A stretch of DNA of 64,000 nucleotides, from assembly GCA_035493815.1 (NCBI GenBank), contig DATJHQ010000019.1, positions 15,054 to 79,053 on the forward strand, read 5' to 3'. Below are positions 9,489 through 20,495 of the stretch, in pieces. This DNA is from Rariglobus sp. (lineage in GTDB: Bacteria; Verrucomicrobiota; Verrucomicrobiia; Opitutales; Opitutaceae). The position numbers and the translations under genes are program-made. The notes under the pieces were generated by a model. That model had not been told where the DNA came from, did no database searches, and was given only the letters and a program-made list of their open reading frames with translations. Position 1 is the first letter of the stretch, and the number at the start of each line of letters is the position of its first letter.

Positions 9489-9570
9489 AACGTCCGCGTT
9501 CGTCCCCCCGGTGGCATCAGCCACCCCTCCGCTCGACCGCGAAGGCCATTGGCCACAGCCACTCCCAGAA

Positions 9571-9590
9571 AATCCGCCCATTGGCGGATT
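9571..9590 (+). terminator. Candidate terminator hairpin after the ECF sigma gene
   Basis: AATCCGCC-CATT-GGCGGATT perfect palindrome 82 nt after the stop. The downstream T-tract is weak (TCATT). Confidence 0.4.
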
Positions 9591-9694
9591 TCATTAGTGG
9601 TTAGAATCCGAGTCTTACTCCGAATCCGATTCCGACGATCCTCCACCGCCTTACACGCTTCCGTCCCGCGGCGTTTCTGTGATTAGATCGAGCC

Positions 9695-11062
9695 ATGCCC
9701 CTCGTCTCCCTGAATCCCGCCACCGGTCGCCTGATCAAACGTCACCGCGAACATACCGCCAAAGAGGTTTCGTCCGCCCTCGCCTCGGTGCACTCCGGTT
9801 TCCTCGGCTGGCGTGAACTCTCGTTCGCCGACCGCTCCCGCCACCTCGCCGCCCTCGCCAAGACCCTGCGTGCCCGGAAAAAATCCCTCGCCCTGCTCAT
9901 GACCGCCGAGATGGGCAAACCCCTCGGCCAGTCCCTCGCTGAAATCGAAAAATGCGCCGGCTGTTGTGATTTCTACGCCAAGCACGCCTCCGGTTTCCTA
10001 AAACCCCGGCGCCCCGTCGGCGCCCCGAAAAACGCCAGGATCGTATTCGAGCCCATGGGTGTCGTGCTCGCCATCATGCCGTGGAATTACCCGCTCTGGC
10101 AGCTCTTCCGCGCCGCCGCGCCCACGCTCATGGCGGGCAACAGCCTCCTCCTTAAACACGCCTCCAACGTCTCCGGCTGCGCCCTCGCCATCGAGCGTCT
10201 CTTCGCCGACGCCGGCCTGCCCGCCGGCCTCCTGCGCACGCTTCTCGTTTCCTCAAAAGCCATTCCCCGCGTCATCGCCGATACGCGCATCCGCGCCGTC
10301 ACCCTCACCGGCAGCACCGCCGCCGGTCGCAAGGTAGCCGCGCTCGCCGGCGCCGCCCTCAAACCCTGCGTCTGCGAGCTCGGCGGCAGCGACCCCTACA
10401 TCATCCTCGCCGATGCCGACCTCGACCACGCCGCCGAAATCTGTGCCCAGGCCCGTCTCTTGAACGGTGGTCAAAGCTGCATCAGCGCCAAGCGCTTCAT
10501 CGTTGTCGAAAGCATCCGCCACTCCTTCGAGGAAAAACTTATCGCCCGCCTGAAAACCCGCCGCGTCGGTGACCCGCTCTCCTCCAAAACCGACGTGGGG
10601 CCGCTCGCTCGCGCCGATCTTCGCGACGAACTGCACGCCCAGGTCCTCAAAAGTATCAAGAACGGCGCCCGGCTCCTCCTCGGGGGCACACTTCCCAAGG
10701 GCCGCGGCTTTTACTATCCGGTCACCGCCCTCACTGGGGTTGCCCCCGGCATGCCGGCCTACGATGAAGAGCTCTTCGGCCCGGTCGCCGCGATCATTTC
10801 CGCCAAGGACGAAAGGGACGCGATCCGCATCGCCAACGACACTGCCTACGGCCTAGGCGCCGCGCTCTTCACCCGCGACACACGCCACGGAGAAGCTCTC
10901 GCCCGCGAGCACCTCGACGCCGGCATGGTCTTCGTAAACGACTTCGTGCGCTCCGACGCCTCCCTGCCCTTTGGCGGCATCAAATCATCCGGCATCGGCC
11001 GTGAACTCAGCGAGTTCGGCATCCACGCCTTTGTTAACATCAAGACGGTGTGCATCAACTGA
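9695..11062 (+). CDS. NAD(P)-dependent aldehyde dehydrogenase, succinate-semialdehyde dehydrogenase-like (short 455-aa type)
   Basis: Catalytic Glu motif CELGGSDP, catalytic Cys motif NGGQSCISAKRF, and FGGIKSSGIGRE near the C-terminus. Confidence 0.85.
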   Translation: MPLVSLNPATGRLIKRHREHTAKEVSSALASVHSGFLGWRELSFADRSRHLAALAKTLRARKKSLALLMTAEMGKPLGQSLAEIEKCAGCCDFYAKHASGFLKPRRPVGAPKNARIVFEPMGVVLAIMPWNYPLWQLFRAAAPTLMAGNSLLLKHASNVSGCALAIERLFADAGLPAGLLRTLLVSSKAIPRVIADTRIRAVTLTGSTAAGRKVAALAGAALKPCVCELGGSDPYIILADADLDHAAEICAQARLLNGGQSCISAKRFIVVESIRHSFEEKLIARLKTRRVGDPLSSKTDVGPLARADLRDELHAQVLKSIKNGARLLLGGTLPKGRGFYYPVTALTGVAPGMPAYDEELFGPVAAIISAKDERDAIRIANDTAYGLGAALFTRDTRHGEALAREHLDAGMVFVNDFVRSDASLPFGGIKSSGIGRELSEFGIHAFVNIKTVCIN

Positions 11063-11158
11063 CCCACCTCGCTCACAACGTGTAACATCGGTGTGACACC
11101 GCACTAAAGTCTCGTTTCAAAGCAACCGCCTTCTACTTTCAGCCTCCTGTCTTTTACG

Positions 11159-13363
11159 ATGTCCGCCAAACGTTCCTCCTCCACCAAACCCGCGCCCGCC
11201 GCACCCGCCGCCGATCAGGCGACGGCCGTGGCCATGGAGGAACGCGTCGTCATCCCTACGACTGTCATTCGCCCCGTCGTGCCTTCCGCACACCGCGGCA
11301 AGGCCGCCTATTTCAACCGCGAACTGAGCTGGCTCGCCTTCAATCGCCGCGTCCTTGAGCAGGCTCAGGACACGCGCCACCCGCTCCTCGAACGCGTGAA
11401 GTTCCTCGCCATCGTCAGCTCCAACCTCGACGAGTTCTTCGAGATCCGTGTCGCCGGCATCATTCAGCAGGTCGACAGCGGCGTGACCGAATCCAGTGTC
11501 GACGGTCTCGGTCCCCGCGAGTCCCTGCGTCGCATCCACTCCGTCGTCGGTTCGCTCGTGGAGGATCAATATGCCTGCTGGCAGCAGGATCTCCTGCCCG
11601 CGCTCGCCGCCGAGGGGATTATTTTCAAGACCGCTGCCGAGCTCGATCAGGCCGAGCTCAACTGGGTCACGGCCTATTTCCACGAACAGGTTTTCCCCGT
11701 CCTCACCCCGCTCGCACTCGACCAGTCGCACCCGTTTCCCCAGCTCGGCAACAAGACCCACAACGTCGTTGTCTCCCTCGACAATCCGGCGACCCCCGAG
11801 ATCGAACAGCTTCTGGCGATCCTCCCCGTCCCCCGCATTCTGCCGCGCCTCGTGCGCATCAACCCCTCGGAGTCCGGCGTTCAGCGCTTCGTCTTCCTCT
11901 CCGAGATTATCAAGCTCTGCGCCGGCGAATTTTTCCCGGGCTATCAGGTCAACGGGGCCCACGCCTTCCGCGTCACGCGCAACAGCGATCTCTACATCGA
12001 CGAGGAGGAAGCCGAAAACCTTCTCAAGAAGATCGAAGAGGAACTGCGCAATCTCCGCCGGGGCGCCGCCGTGCGCCTTGAGATCGAGGACGGCGTAAGC
12101 GACGTGATTTTCACGACGCTCTGCGAACACCTCGATCTCTCGCACGAATACGTTTTCCGCCTCAACGGCCCGCTCAACCTTCTCCGCCTCATGGCCCTCG
12201 CGGAGATCGACCGGCCCGATCTCAAATATCCGTCTTTCACCCCGGTCAACGTCTCCCCGTTGCGCGATTCCGGCTCCATCTTTGACACGCTTCGCTCCCA
12301 GGACATCCTGCTGCATCACCCCTACGATTCGTTTCAACCCGTCGTCGATTTCGTCGAGCAGGCCGCGCGCGATCCGCAGGTATTCGCCATCAAGCAGACT
12401 TTGTATCGGACCAGCGGAGACTCTCCCATCGTCCGCGCCCTCATCGAAGCCTCCAGAAACGGCAAGCAGGTCACCGCCCTCGTGGAGTTGAAGGCCCGCT
12501 TCGACGAGGCCAACAACATCCAGTGGGCGCGTCAGCTCGAAGAGGCCGGCTGTCATGTCGTCTACGGCCTCATCGGCCACAAGACCCATTGCAAATGCTC
12601 CCTGGTCGTCCGGCGCGAGGGCAAGCTCCTGCGGCTCTACGCCCATCTTGGCACCGGCAATTACAACCCGAAGACCGCGCGGCTTTACACCGACCTGAGT
12701 TATTTCACCGCCCGCGAAGAGCTCACCGACGACGCCGCCAATCTCTTCAACACCCTCACCGGCTTCAGTCGAGAACCCGAGTTCAAACACCTGCTCGTCG
12801 CGCCCTACAATCTTCACCGGCGCATCCAGGAGCTTATCCAGCGCGAGACGGACAACGCCGCCGCCGGCCGGCCCGCGCGCATCATGGCCAAGATGAACTC
12901 CCTCGTGGACAAGGCCACCATCGACCGCCTCTACGCGGCCTCGCAGGCCGGCGTGAAAATCGACCTGATCATCCGCGGCGTGTGCTGCCTCGTCCCCGGC
13001 GTGCGCGGCCTCAGCGAAAACATCCGCGTGCGCAGCATCATCGGCCGCTTCCTCGAACACGCCCGCGCCTTCTACTTTGAAAACGATGGCGGCGAGCCGC
13101 TCATCCTCGCCGGCAGCGCCGACTGGATGCCGCGCAACTTCTTCCGTCGCGTCGAGGTGGTTTACCCGATTCTCGACCCCGTGCTCCGCCGCTGGATGGT
13201 GGACGAGTTGTTCACGCTCGAGCTTCAGGACAACGAGGCCGCCCGCCTGCTGCACGCCAACGGCGGTTATCTCCCCATTCCCCGCGAACCCGGAGCGCCG
13301 TCCTTCTCCGCTCAAAATTATTTCATCGCCTGCGCCCTGCAGCGCGCCGGCATCCAGGGGTGA
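11159..13363 (+). CDS. ppk: Polyphosphate kinase 1
   Basis: 734 aa. [20 protein letters not shown]-terminus, autophosphorylated-His region [17 protein letters not shown], and two PLD-like C-terminal domains ([11 protein letters not shown]). Confidence 0.95.
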   Translation: MSAKRSSSTKPAPAAPAADQATAVAMEERVVIPTTVIRPVVPSAHRGKAAYFNRELSWLAFNRRVLEQAQDTRHPLLERVKFLAIVSSNLDEFFEIRVAGIIQQVDSGVTESSVDGLGPRESLRRIHSVVGSLVEDQYACWQQDLLPALAAEGIIFKTAAELDQAELNWVTAYFHEQVFPVLTPLALDQSHPFPQLGNKTHNVVVSLDNPATPEIEQLLAILPVPRILPRLVRINPSESGVQRFVFLSEIIKLCAGEFFPGYQVNGAHAFRVTRNSDLYIDEEEAENLLKKIEEELRNLRRGAAVRLEIEDGVSDVIFTTLCEHLDLSHEYVFRLNGPLNLLRLMALAEIDRPDLKYPSFTPVNVSPLRDSGSIFDTLRSQDILLHHPYDSFQPVVDFVEQAARDPQVFAIKQTLYRTSGDSPIVRALIEASRNGKQVTALVELKARFDEANNIQWARQLEEAGCHVVYGLIGHKTHCKCSLVVRREGKLLRLYAHLGTGNYNPKTARLYTDLSYFTAREELTDDAANLFNTLTGFSREPEFKHLLVAPYNLHRRIQELIQRETDNAAAGRPARIMAKMNSLVDKATIDRLYAASQAGVKIDLIIRGVCCLVPGVRGLSENIRVRSIIGRFLEHARAFYFENDGGEPLILAGSADWMPRNFFRRVEVVYPILDPVLRRWMVDELFTLELQDNEAARLLHANGGYLPIPREPGAPSFSAQNYFIACALQRAGIQG

Positions 13364-13422
13364 AACCAAGGGTTTGCACTGCTGCACACCGGAATCCAAC
13401 ATTCCGACCCAGCACCCGCCCC

Positions 13423-14832
13423 ATGCTTTTATCCGTCCGCCTCCTGAGCACTTTCCTGCTCCTCTCGGTTTCGCTCTCCGCCCGCACTTGGACCAACACC
13501 CAGGGCCGCACCATCGAAGCCGAATTCGTCAAAGCCTCCGGCGACACCGTCACCATCCGCCGCGCCGACGGACTGGTCTTCGATCTTCCGCTCGTCGAGC
13601 TTTCGGGCGCCGATCGCGACTACGTCACCGCACAGTCGGCCACGGCGGGCACCGCCGGCCAATCGACGGAAGCTTTCAAGGACATCAACACCCTCCTCGG
13701 CCTCGACCTTCTGGCCGATGACAATCTCTGGGACGACACGCCTTCCGATGTCGCCAAGCGGCTCAACCTGTCGCTCGAGGGCAAGACCCCCTACTCCGAA
13801 AGCTACCGCGCCTACCCACGAAAAGAGCTGAACGTGCTCGGCGCCCGCACCTACATGATTTCCCTCCAGGCGGCCGACGGAAAGATCACGGCGCTCACGT
13901 TGATGTTTGCCAACCGCGGCGATTTCCCCGCGTTCCGCAACCAGGACTCGCTCCACTTCCCTTCAAAATCAGACCTGAAGGATTTCGATCAGGCGCTGAA
14001 GTCCGACTACGATACGATCTCCGCCGCTCTCACCGCCAAATTGGGCGATCCGCAAAGCAAGATGGGCGTCGGCGGACTCGAACCGCACCGCCGCTCGTTG
14101 CGCTGGGAATGGGGCGTGCAGACTTTTATAGCCAGTCATGACGACGTGCAGATGGTCTCGCTCAAAATCGTTCCGACCAATCGCACCAACTCCCGTCTGC
14201 TCAGTGACGAGCAGGTGCGCCGCATGCTGAAGGAACGCCTCGACAAGCGTCCCAACGGCGACGTCATCGTGGACCAGATTCCCATGGTTGACCAAGGCCC
14301 GAAAGGCTACTGCGTCCCCGCCACTTTCGAGCGCTACCTTCGCTATGTCGGCATTCCCGCCGACATGTATGAGCTTGCCGCCGCCGGCGGCACGGACTTC
14401 GGCGGAGGCACCAACTTCTCCACCATCGCCGCCGGCTTGGATCGTTATATCCGCCGCCAAGGCCGTCATCTCGACCAGGCCAACCTCAAGTTTAACATCA
14501 ACGGCATCGCCCGCTATCTCGACGAGGGCCGTCCCATCATCTGGGGCCTGTATTCGACAAAAGCCTTCAACGAAATCTCCAACACCCTCACCGATGCCCG
14601 CAAAGCGGTGTCCGACTGGTCGCAGTGGAAGAAAGCCATCGCCGACACCGATATTTCCTCGCTTCACCCCGACTCGGCAACCGGCCACGCCTGCCTCATC
14701 ATCGGCTACAACCGCGCGACCAACGAAATCGCCTTCACCGATTCCTGGGGCCCGCGCTTCGCCGAGCGCTGGGTGCCCCTCGCCGCCGCCCAGAAGATAT
14801 CCCAAGACGAGTTTTGGGTGATCGCCTGGTAA
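13423..14832 (+). CDS. Secreted protein: signal peptide + SHD1 domain + C-terminal papain-like cysteine peptidase fold
   Basis: Trimmed to ATG 13423 (MLLSVRLLSTFLLLSVSLSA signal peptide). SHD1-like segment TWTNTQGRTIEAEFVKASGDTVTIRRADGLVFDLPLVELSGADRDYV. Putative catalytic residues DQGPKGYC (Gln/Cys), GHACLIIGY (His) and FTDSWG (compare papain NSWG). Confidence 0.6.
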   Translation: MLLSVRLLSTFLLLSVSLSARTWTNTQGRTIEAEFVKASGDTVTIRRADGLVFDLPLVELSGADRDYVTAQSATAGTAGQSTEAFKDINTLLGLDLLADDNLWDDTPSDVAKRLNLSLEGKTPYSESYRAYPRKELNVLGARTYMISLQAADGKITALTLMFANRGDFPAFRNQDSLHFPSKSDLKDFDQALKSDYDTISAALTAKLGDPQSKMGVGGLEPHRRSLRWEWGVQTFIASHDDVQMVSLKIVPTNRTNSRLLSDEQVRRMLKERLDKRPNGDVIVDQIPMVDQGPKGYCVPATFERYLRYVGIPADMYELAAAGGTDFGGGTNFSTIAAGLDRYIRRQGRHLDQANLKFNINGIARYLDEGRPIIWGLYSTKAFNEISNTLTDARKAVSDWSQWKKAIADTDISSLHPDSATGHACLIIGYNRATNEIAFTDSWGPRFAERWVPLAAAQKISQDEFWVIAW

Positions 14833-14859
14833 AATCACCCGATCGGGCGGTCGCTCAAA

Positions 14860-15252
14860 CTACGCGGCTTCTTCACCGGATGATTGCTGCGTGGCCGCTG
14901 CGGGAACCTGAAGCGTTGTTCTTATCAACCGCTTGAGACGATTCGTGGAAATCCTGATGCGAAGCTGGCGCCTCAAGCACCCGCGGTTTCCAGGATGTTC
15001 GTTGAAACGCTCCGCCTCGGTCTTGAAATCTCGCATTTTGCGAAGGTGCTCGACGCCGTAAATCAAATCGAAGTCCGCCGAGAAATAGTCGTGCTTGAGA
15101 AGCTGCACCAACCAGACGAACGGGAGCACCCGCCTATAAAGGACCCGCTTGAAAACCTCCTGGGCAAACCGTTCAGGCGGGATGCCGTGGTGAGCGCAAA
15201 AAGCCTCTGCAAATGTAAGGGTAGTTGTCGTGGAACCCTGGCTGGGCGACAT
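14860..15252 (-). CDS. Hypothetical protein, no family recognised
   Basis: 130-aa ORF with an ATG start, in a segment of lower GC than its neighbours. Predicted helical and basic. Convergent with the upstream peptidase gene and divergent from secA. Confidence 0.5.
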   Translation of the reverse strand: MSPSQGSTTTTLTFAEAFCAHHGIPPERFAQEVFKRVLYRRVLPFVWLVQLLKHDYFSADFDLIYGVEHLRKMRDFKTEAERFNEHPGNRGCLRRQLRIRISTNRLKRLIRTTLQVPAAATQQSSGEEAA

Positions 15253-15621
15253 GGGGATAATGAAGAGAAATACCTAGTCTTTGGCCACCCCGGGATGCGC
15301 ATAGGCTCTTCATTTTATCATAAACATTAACCCGCAAGCGTCTTACATGTTAAATAAATCAGCCCTCACAAAAGCAGTTTCTCCCCATGGTTCGCATAAT
15401 TCCCGGATGTTCATTTTCGAGCCCGGCACTGTTTAAATTCCATGGGAAATCATGCCCGCCATGTTCCCGCTGGCGACCTTCACGGGAGGCACAAACGACA
15501 GGACGCCATTGCGTTGGTTGGAACCGATTTCACCCGTGCATTTCGGAGGTAACCCCGCACGAAAACCAACAGCATTTGTCATTTGCCAAGACCGGGGTCC
15601 ACCCTACGCTCTTTCCTCTTC

Positions 15622-18600
15622 ATGCTTTCCTTTCTCTTCAAAGGCTTCGCCGGCCGCCACTATCGCAAGTTTCTCGAGAAGGCCCGTCCCATCGTCGCAC
15701 GCATCAACGAGCTTGAAAAATCCTACCAATCGCTGTCCGACGACCAGCTGCGCGCCAAGACCGACGAGTTCCGCGCCCGCCTGAAAGCCGGAGAGACCCT
15801 CGATCAGATCCTGCCCGAAGCCTTCGCCACCGTCAAAAATGCCGGACGCCGCCTTGTCGGCACACGCGCCCTTGTCTGCGGTCACGAGCTTGAGTGGAAC
15901 ATGATCCACTTCGACGTGCAGCTCATCGGCGGTTACGCCATCCACTCCGGCAAGATCGCCGAGATGGCCACCGGCGAAGGCAAGACCCTCGTCTCCACCC
16001 TCCCGCTCTACCTCAACGCGCTCACCGGCCGGAACACCCAGCTCGTCACCGTCAACGACTACCTCGCACGCCGCGACTCCGAGTGGATGGGACATCTCTA
16101 CAAGTTCCTCGGCCTCACCGTCGGCTGCATCCAGCAGCAGATGCCCTCCGAGGTCCGCCGCGAGATGTATGGCTGCGACATCACCTACGGCACCGCCTCC
16201 GAGTTCGGCTTCGACTACCTCCGCGACAACGGCATGGCTACGCGGAAAGAAGACCAGGTCCAACGCGACCACTGGTTCTGCATCGTCGATGAAATCGATT
16301 CCATCCTCATCGACGAGGCGCGCACCCCGCTGATCATTTCCGGCCCGGCACCCATCGAACGCGAGCAGCCCTTCACCCGCCTCAAGCCCAGCGTCGATCA
16401 ACTCGTCAACAACCAGATCCGTCTCTGCAACAAGCTCGTCACCGAGGCCAAGGAACTCTTCGAAAAGCCCGATCTCTCCCCCGACGATCGCATGATCGCC
16501 GCCCGCAAGATGCTTCAGGTCAAGATGGGCCACCCGAAGAACAAGCAGCTCCTGCGTCTCATGGAGACGCCCGACCTTCGCAAGCTCCTCGACAAGACCG
16601 AGACCGAGCTCAACTCCGACTTCCAAAAGGAAGAACTCTACCGCCTGAAAGAAGAGCTCTTCTACGTCATCGACGAGCGCCAGCACCAGGCCGACCTCAC
16701 CGAAATCGGCCGCACCACGCTCCGCCCCGACAACCCCGACGCCTTCGTCCTTCCCGACCTCGCCACCGAGTTCAGCGACCTCGACAAGGACACCACCCTC
16801 AGCCCCGAGAAGCGCGAGGAGATCAAACTCAAGTCCCAGCAAAACTACGGCGAAGTCTCCGAAGGCATCCACTCGATCTCGCAGCTGCTGCGCGCCTATT
16901 CCCTCTACGAACGCGATGTCGAATACGTCGTCACCGACGGCAAGGTCATGATCGTCGATGAAAACACCGGTCGCGTCATGCCCGGCCGCCGCTGGTCCGA
17001 CGGACTCCATCAGGCCGTCGAGGCCAAGGAAGGCGTCACCATCGAGCGCGAGACCCGCACCTACGCCACGGTCACGATCCAGAATTACTTCCGCATGTAT
17101 GAGAAGCTGGCCGGCATGACCGGCACGGCCGAGACGGAAGCCACCGAGTTCTACGATATCTATCGTCTCTCCGTGCAGGTCATCCCGACCAACAAGCCCT
17201 GCATCCGCATCGACAAGAACGATTCCATTTTCAAAACCCGCCGCGACAAATTCGTCGCCGTCGTCCGCGAAATCGAGGCCGCCCACAAGCGCGGCCAGCC
17301 CGTGCTCGTCGGCACCGTTTCCGTCGACTCTTCCGAGGTTCTATCCCGCATGCTCAAGCGCGCCGGCGTCGTGCACACCGTGCTCAACGCCAAGTATCAC
17401 GAGCAGGAGGCCGACATCGTCTCACGCGCCGGCCAGCGCGGCGCCGTCACCATCGCCACCAACATGGCGGGCCGCGGCACCGACATCAAACTCGGCGAGG
17501 GCGTCCGCGAGCTCGGAGGCCTCTATGTCGTCGGCACCGAGCGCCACGAATCCCGCCGCGTCGACCGCCAGTTGCGCGGCCGTTGCTCGCGCCAGGGCGA
17601 CCCCGGCCTCACCAAGTTCTTCCTCTCGCTCGAAGACGACCTCATGCGTCTCTTCCTCCAGGGCAACCTCGCCTCCCGCATGATGGAAGGCTCCATGAAG
17701 GACGGCGAGGAGCTGGAACACCCGTGGCTCAACCGCTCCATCGAGAGCGCCCAGAAAAAGGTCGAGCAGCAAAACTTCTCCCAGCGCAAACGCCTCCTCC
17801 AATACGACGACGTCCTCAACCAGCAGCGCGAGGTCGTCTATGGCATACGCAACGCCGCCATCCATGCCGAACGCCCCCGGGAGATTATTTTTGAGCAGGT
17901 CGATGAAGAAATCATCACCCGTCTTGAAAACATCGGCCTTGGTGAAAAAGGCGGCGTCAACCAGACCGCCCTCGAAAGCTTCGCCGGCTGGGTCAACGCC
18001 ACCTTCCCCATCGGCCTCAAGGTCGAAGAGCTCAAGGGCAACGACCCTGCCGTTCTCGCAAAACTGGTCGTTGACCGCATCAAACACGCCTACGGCATCA
18101 AGGAATCCGTCGAGCTGCCCGAGGCGCTCGGCTCGCTCGAACGCTACGTCGTCATCAACGCCATCGACCACCACTGGCAGGAACATCTCACCGAGATGGA
18201 AGACCTCCGCAAGGCCATCGGCCTGCGCAGCTACGGCCAGACCGATCCGCTCGTCGCCTACAAGGGCGAAGCCTTCAAGTATTTCGACGAGATGATGAGC
18301 AACATCCGTCTCCAGATCTGCACCGGCCTGTTCCGCAGCGCGTCCAACATCGCCGTGTTCGAGAACATGCTCGCGCTGCTCTCGCGCACCGCCCGCGTCG
18401 AAGGACCGGAAGGCACCGGCGGCAACACCACTCCGTCCGGCAAGCAGCCGCAGACTTCGTCCGCCTCTCTGCGCTCGGCACAGTCTCTTCCTCCTCCGCA
18501 GATTTCGACCACCATCACGACCAGCGGCGGCCCCGCCGCCGTGCCGGCCGAGAAAGAAATCGAACTGCCCAAGGTTACCATCCGTCGCGATACGCCGAAG

Positions 18601-18666
18601 GTCGGCCGCAACGATCCCTGCCCCTGCGGCAGCGGCAAGAAATTCAAAAACTGCCACGGCCAATAA
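15622..18666 (+). CDS. secA: Preprotein translocase ATPase SecA
   Basis: Trimmed to ATG 15622 ([17 protein letters not shown]). Walker [14 protein letters not shown]-like [20 protein letters not shown], and C-terminal zinc finger [14 protein letters not shown]. Confidence 0.97.
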   Translation: MLSFLFKGFAGRHYRKFLEKARPIVARINELEKSYQSLSDDQLRAKTDEFRARLKAGETLDQILPEAFATVKNAGRRLVGTRALVCGHELEWNMIHFDVQLIGGYAIHSGKIAEMATGEGKTLVSTLPLYLNALTGRNTQLVTVNDYLARRDSEWMGHLYKFLGLTVGCIQQQMPSEVRREMYGCDITYGTASEFGFDYLRDNGMATRKEDQVQRDHWFCIVDEIDSILIDEARTPLIISGPAPIEREQPFTRLKPSVDQLVNNQIRLCNKLVTEAKELFEKPDLSPDDRMIAARKMLQVKMGHPKNKQLLRLMETPDLRKLLDKTETELNSDFQKEELYRLKEELFYVIDERQHQADLTEIGRTTLRPDNPDAFVLPDLATEFSDLDKDTTLSPEKREEIKLKSQQNYGEVSEGIHSISQLLRAYSLYERDVEYVVTDGKVMIVDENTGRVMPGRRWSDGLHQAVEAKEGVTIERETRTYATVTIQNYFRMYEKLAGMTGTAETEATEFYDIYRLSVQVIPTNKPCIRIDKNDSIFKTRRDKFVAVVREIEAAHKRGQPVLVGTVSVDSSEVLSRMLKRAGVVHTVLNAKYHEQEADIVSRAGQRGAVTIATNMAGRGTDIKLGEGVRELGGLYVVGTERHESRRVDRQLRGRCSRQGDPGLTKFFLSLEDDLMRLFLQGNLASRMMEGSMKDGEELEHPWLNRSIESAQKKVEQQNFSQRKRLLQYDDVLNQQREVVYGIRNAAIHAERPREIIFEQVDEEIITRLENIGLGEKGGVNQTALESFAGWVNATFPIGLKVEELKGNDPAVLAKLVVDRIKHAYGIKESVELPEALGSLERYVVINAIDHHWQEHLTEMEDLRKAIGLRSYGQTDPLVAYKGEAFKYFDEMMSNIRLQICTGLFRSASNIAVFENMLALLSRTARVEGPEGTGGNTTPSGKQPQTSSASLRSAQSLPPPQISTTITTSGGPAAVPAEKEIELPKVTIRRDTPKVGRNDPCPCGSGKKFKNCHGQ

Positions 18667-18719
18667 CCGCCGGGTGGACGGCGACCTTCGGGCGCCGTCC
18701 GGCCTCCACCGCCGCACCC

Positions 18720-20426
18720 ATGGACGCCGCTCCGCCTGACGATCTTCCGCCGCCGGACGACCTCGCGGCACCGTTCTTCTGGCGGCGGCACGCTGACCAC
18801 CTCTGGGTGGCCGGTGTATTTATCGGCACGGTCGTGCTCACCGTGCTGCTCTTCCCGCCCGCACACACACCGGAGATCGCCTACTTCTTCGCCGCCCCCG
18901 CGCTCTTCTGGGCCTATCTGAGGCCAAGCTTCAAGCGCTACGCACTCACCACGCTCGGCGCGCAGGCCGTCGCGTGGACCATCATCCTAGGCTGGTTACA
19001 CAACGTCACCATCGGCGGCCTGCTCTTGCTCGGTCCGTTCGTCGGCCTCTGGGTGGGCTCGTGGTTCCTCGCCGCATGGTGGGTGCTCCCGCGCATCATC
19101 GCCCGCCCCGCCCTCACGCGCATCGCCGCGCTGGCCGGACTCGCGGGCCTGTGGGTGTTTATCGAGTGGACGCGCACCTGGCTCCTCGGCGGCCTCCCGT
19201 GGCTGCCGCTCGCGGCCAGCCAGTGGCAGCGCATGGCCATTCTCCAAATCGCCGCGTTCACCGGCGCGGGCGGCGTGTCGTTCATCCTCGTCGCGATGAA
19301 CCTCGGCCTCGCCGCCTACGCCCGCCAATTGTTTTTCGAGAAGCACTCCGGCCTCATCCGGCGCTCGCCGGAGTTTCTCGCGGCGATGTTTCTTCTGCTT
19401 GTCTGCGTCTCCACGCAAATCGGGCCGACTCTTGATCGCCCGCGCCATGCCGTGCCGCTTGGCCGCTTCGCCTTCGTCCAGCCCTACATCCCGCAAAGTC
19501 TCAAATGGGACCCCGCCGAGGGCCCCGGCATTCTCAAGGTTCTCGACAGCCTTACGCTCGCCGCCGGCGCCACTCAGCCCGACGTGATTCTCTGGCCCGA
19601 GGCGACCACCCCGTGGGCCGTCAAAGGCGATTCCAATATGCGCGACTGGGTCAAACAACTCGACCATACCGCCGGTGTGCCGCTCGTCTTGGGCTCCATC
19701 GCCATCGAACGCGGGAAAACCGAAGCCGATGACACCTGGTTCAATGCCGTCTTCGCCGTCGATCCCACGACCGGCGTGCAGCCGCGCTACTACGCCAAAC
19801 GCAAACTCGTCCCCTTCGGCGAATTTGTGCCGCTACGTCCGCTCCTTGGCTGGATCGGCAAGTTCGTGCCCATTGGCGACGACTTCGGCCAAGGCACCGA
19901 TCCCACCCCGCTCGTCGTCAGCATCCACGGCCGCCCGCTCGCCCTCGGCACGCTGATTTGCTACGAAGACATCTTTCCCGCGCTGGCCCGCCAAAGCGTC
20001 CTCGCCGGTGCCGAGGTCCTCACCGTCCACACCAACAACGGCTGGTTCGGCACCGGCGGCGCCGCCTACCAGCATGCCGCCAACGCCGTGCTCCGCGCCG
20101 TCGAAACCCGCCGCCCTGTTCTTCGCTGCGGCAACGGCGGCTGGAGCGGCTGGATCGACGAGTTCGGCAGCATCCGCGCCGAGCTCACCCAAGATCAGTC
20201 GGGCAAAGTCACCAGCGATCCCCTGATTGCCAATACCGGCACAATCTACTTTCGCGGCACGCAAACCGCCGAGGTCAGTGCCGATTCTCGCTGGATGGGA
20301 AAACACAGCTTTTACGTCGAGCATGGCGACTGGTTCGTCGCTCTCTGCGCCGCGCTGGCCGGTGCGGCTTTTCTCATCGCACGCACGCCGGTCATCCCTC
20401 CCGTAAAAAACAAAAACCGCGACTGA
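18720..20426 (+). CDS. lnt: Apolipoprotein N-acyltransferase
   Basis: 568 aa. A multi-TM N-terminal half plus a CN-hydrolase domain with the E/K/C triad contexts VILWPEATTP, YAKRKLVPFGEFVP and LGTLICYEDIFP. Confidence 0.88.
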   Translation: MDAAPPDDLPPPDDLAAPFFWRRHADHLWVAGVFIGTVVLTVLLFPPAHTPEIAYFFAAPALFWAYLRPSFKRYALTTLGAQAVAWTIILGWLHNVTIGGLLLLGPFVGLWVGSWFLAAWWVLPRIIARPALTRIAALAGLAGLWVFIEWTRTWLLGGLPWLPLAASQWQRMAILQIAAFTGAGGVSFILVAMNLGLAAYARQLFFEKHSGLIRRSPEFLAAMFLLLVCVSTQIGPTLDRPRHAVPLGRFAFVQPYIPQSLKWDPAEGPGILKVLDSLTLAAGATQPDVILWPEATTPWAVKGDSNMRDWVKQLDHTAGVPLVLGSIAIERGKTEADDTWFNAVFAVDPTTGVQPRYYAKRKLVPFGEFVPLRPLLGWIGKFVPIGDDFGQGTDPTPLVVSIHGRPLALGTLICYEDIFPALARQSVLAGAEVLTVHTNNGWFGTGGAAYQHAANAVLRAVETRRPVLRCGNGGWSGWIDEFGSIRAELTQDQSGKVTSDPLIANTGTIYFRGTQTAEVSADSRWMGKHSFYVEHGDWFVALCAALAGAAFLIARTPVIPPVKNKNRD

Positions 20427-20495
20427 TTGCTCAGTCACGGCTTCGGTGGGTTTATGCCGGCGATCCGTCGGTGGACGCCGGCCTCCGCCGCCCGG

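Noticed and set aside
9600-9650. Short direct repeat GAATCCGA...GAATCCGA upstream of the aldehyde dehydrogenase gene.
   Set aside because: It is only 8 nt and occurs twice, so it is compatible with chance.
11117-13402. 761-aa ORF on the minus strand covering the whole ppk1 gene.
   Set aside because: It is antisense to a strongly conserved gene. The translation is low-complexity and Gly/Ala/Asp/Glu/Val-rich with no motifs. This is the typical mirror-frame artefact of high-GC DNA.
15387-15784. ORFs 15387-15716 and 15452-15784 in the secA upstream region.
   Set aside because: They run into the secA coding region in other frames. Their translations are Pro/Arg/Ser-rich with no start context, so they are more likely non-coding leader or promoter DNA.
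15604-18771. Two long minus-strand ORFs (15604-17286 and 17422-18771) opposite secA.
   Set aside because: Same reason: they are antisense to secA, have biased composition and contain no recognisable domains.
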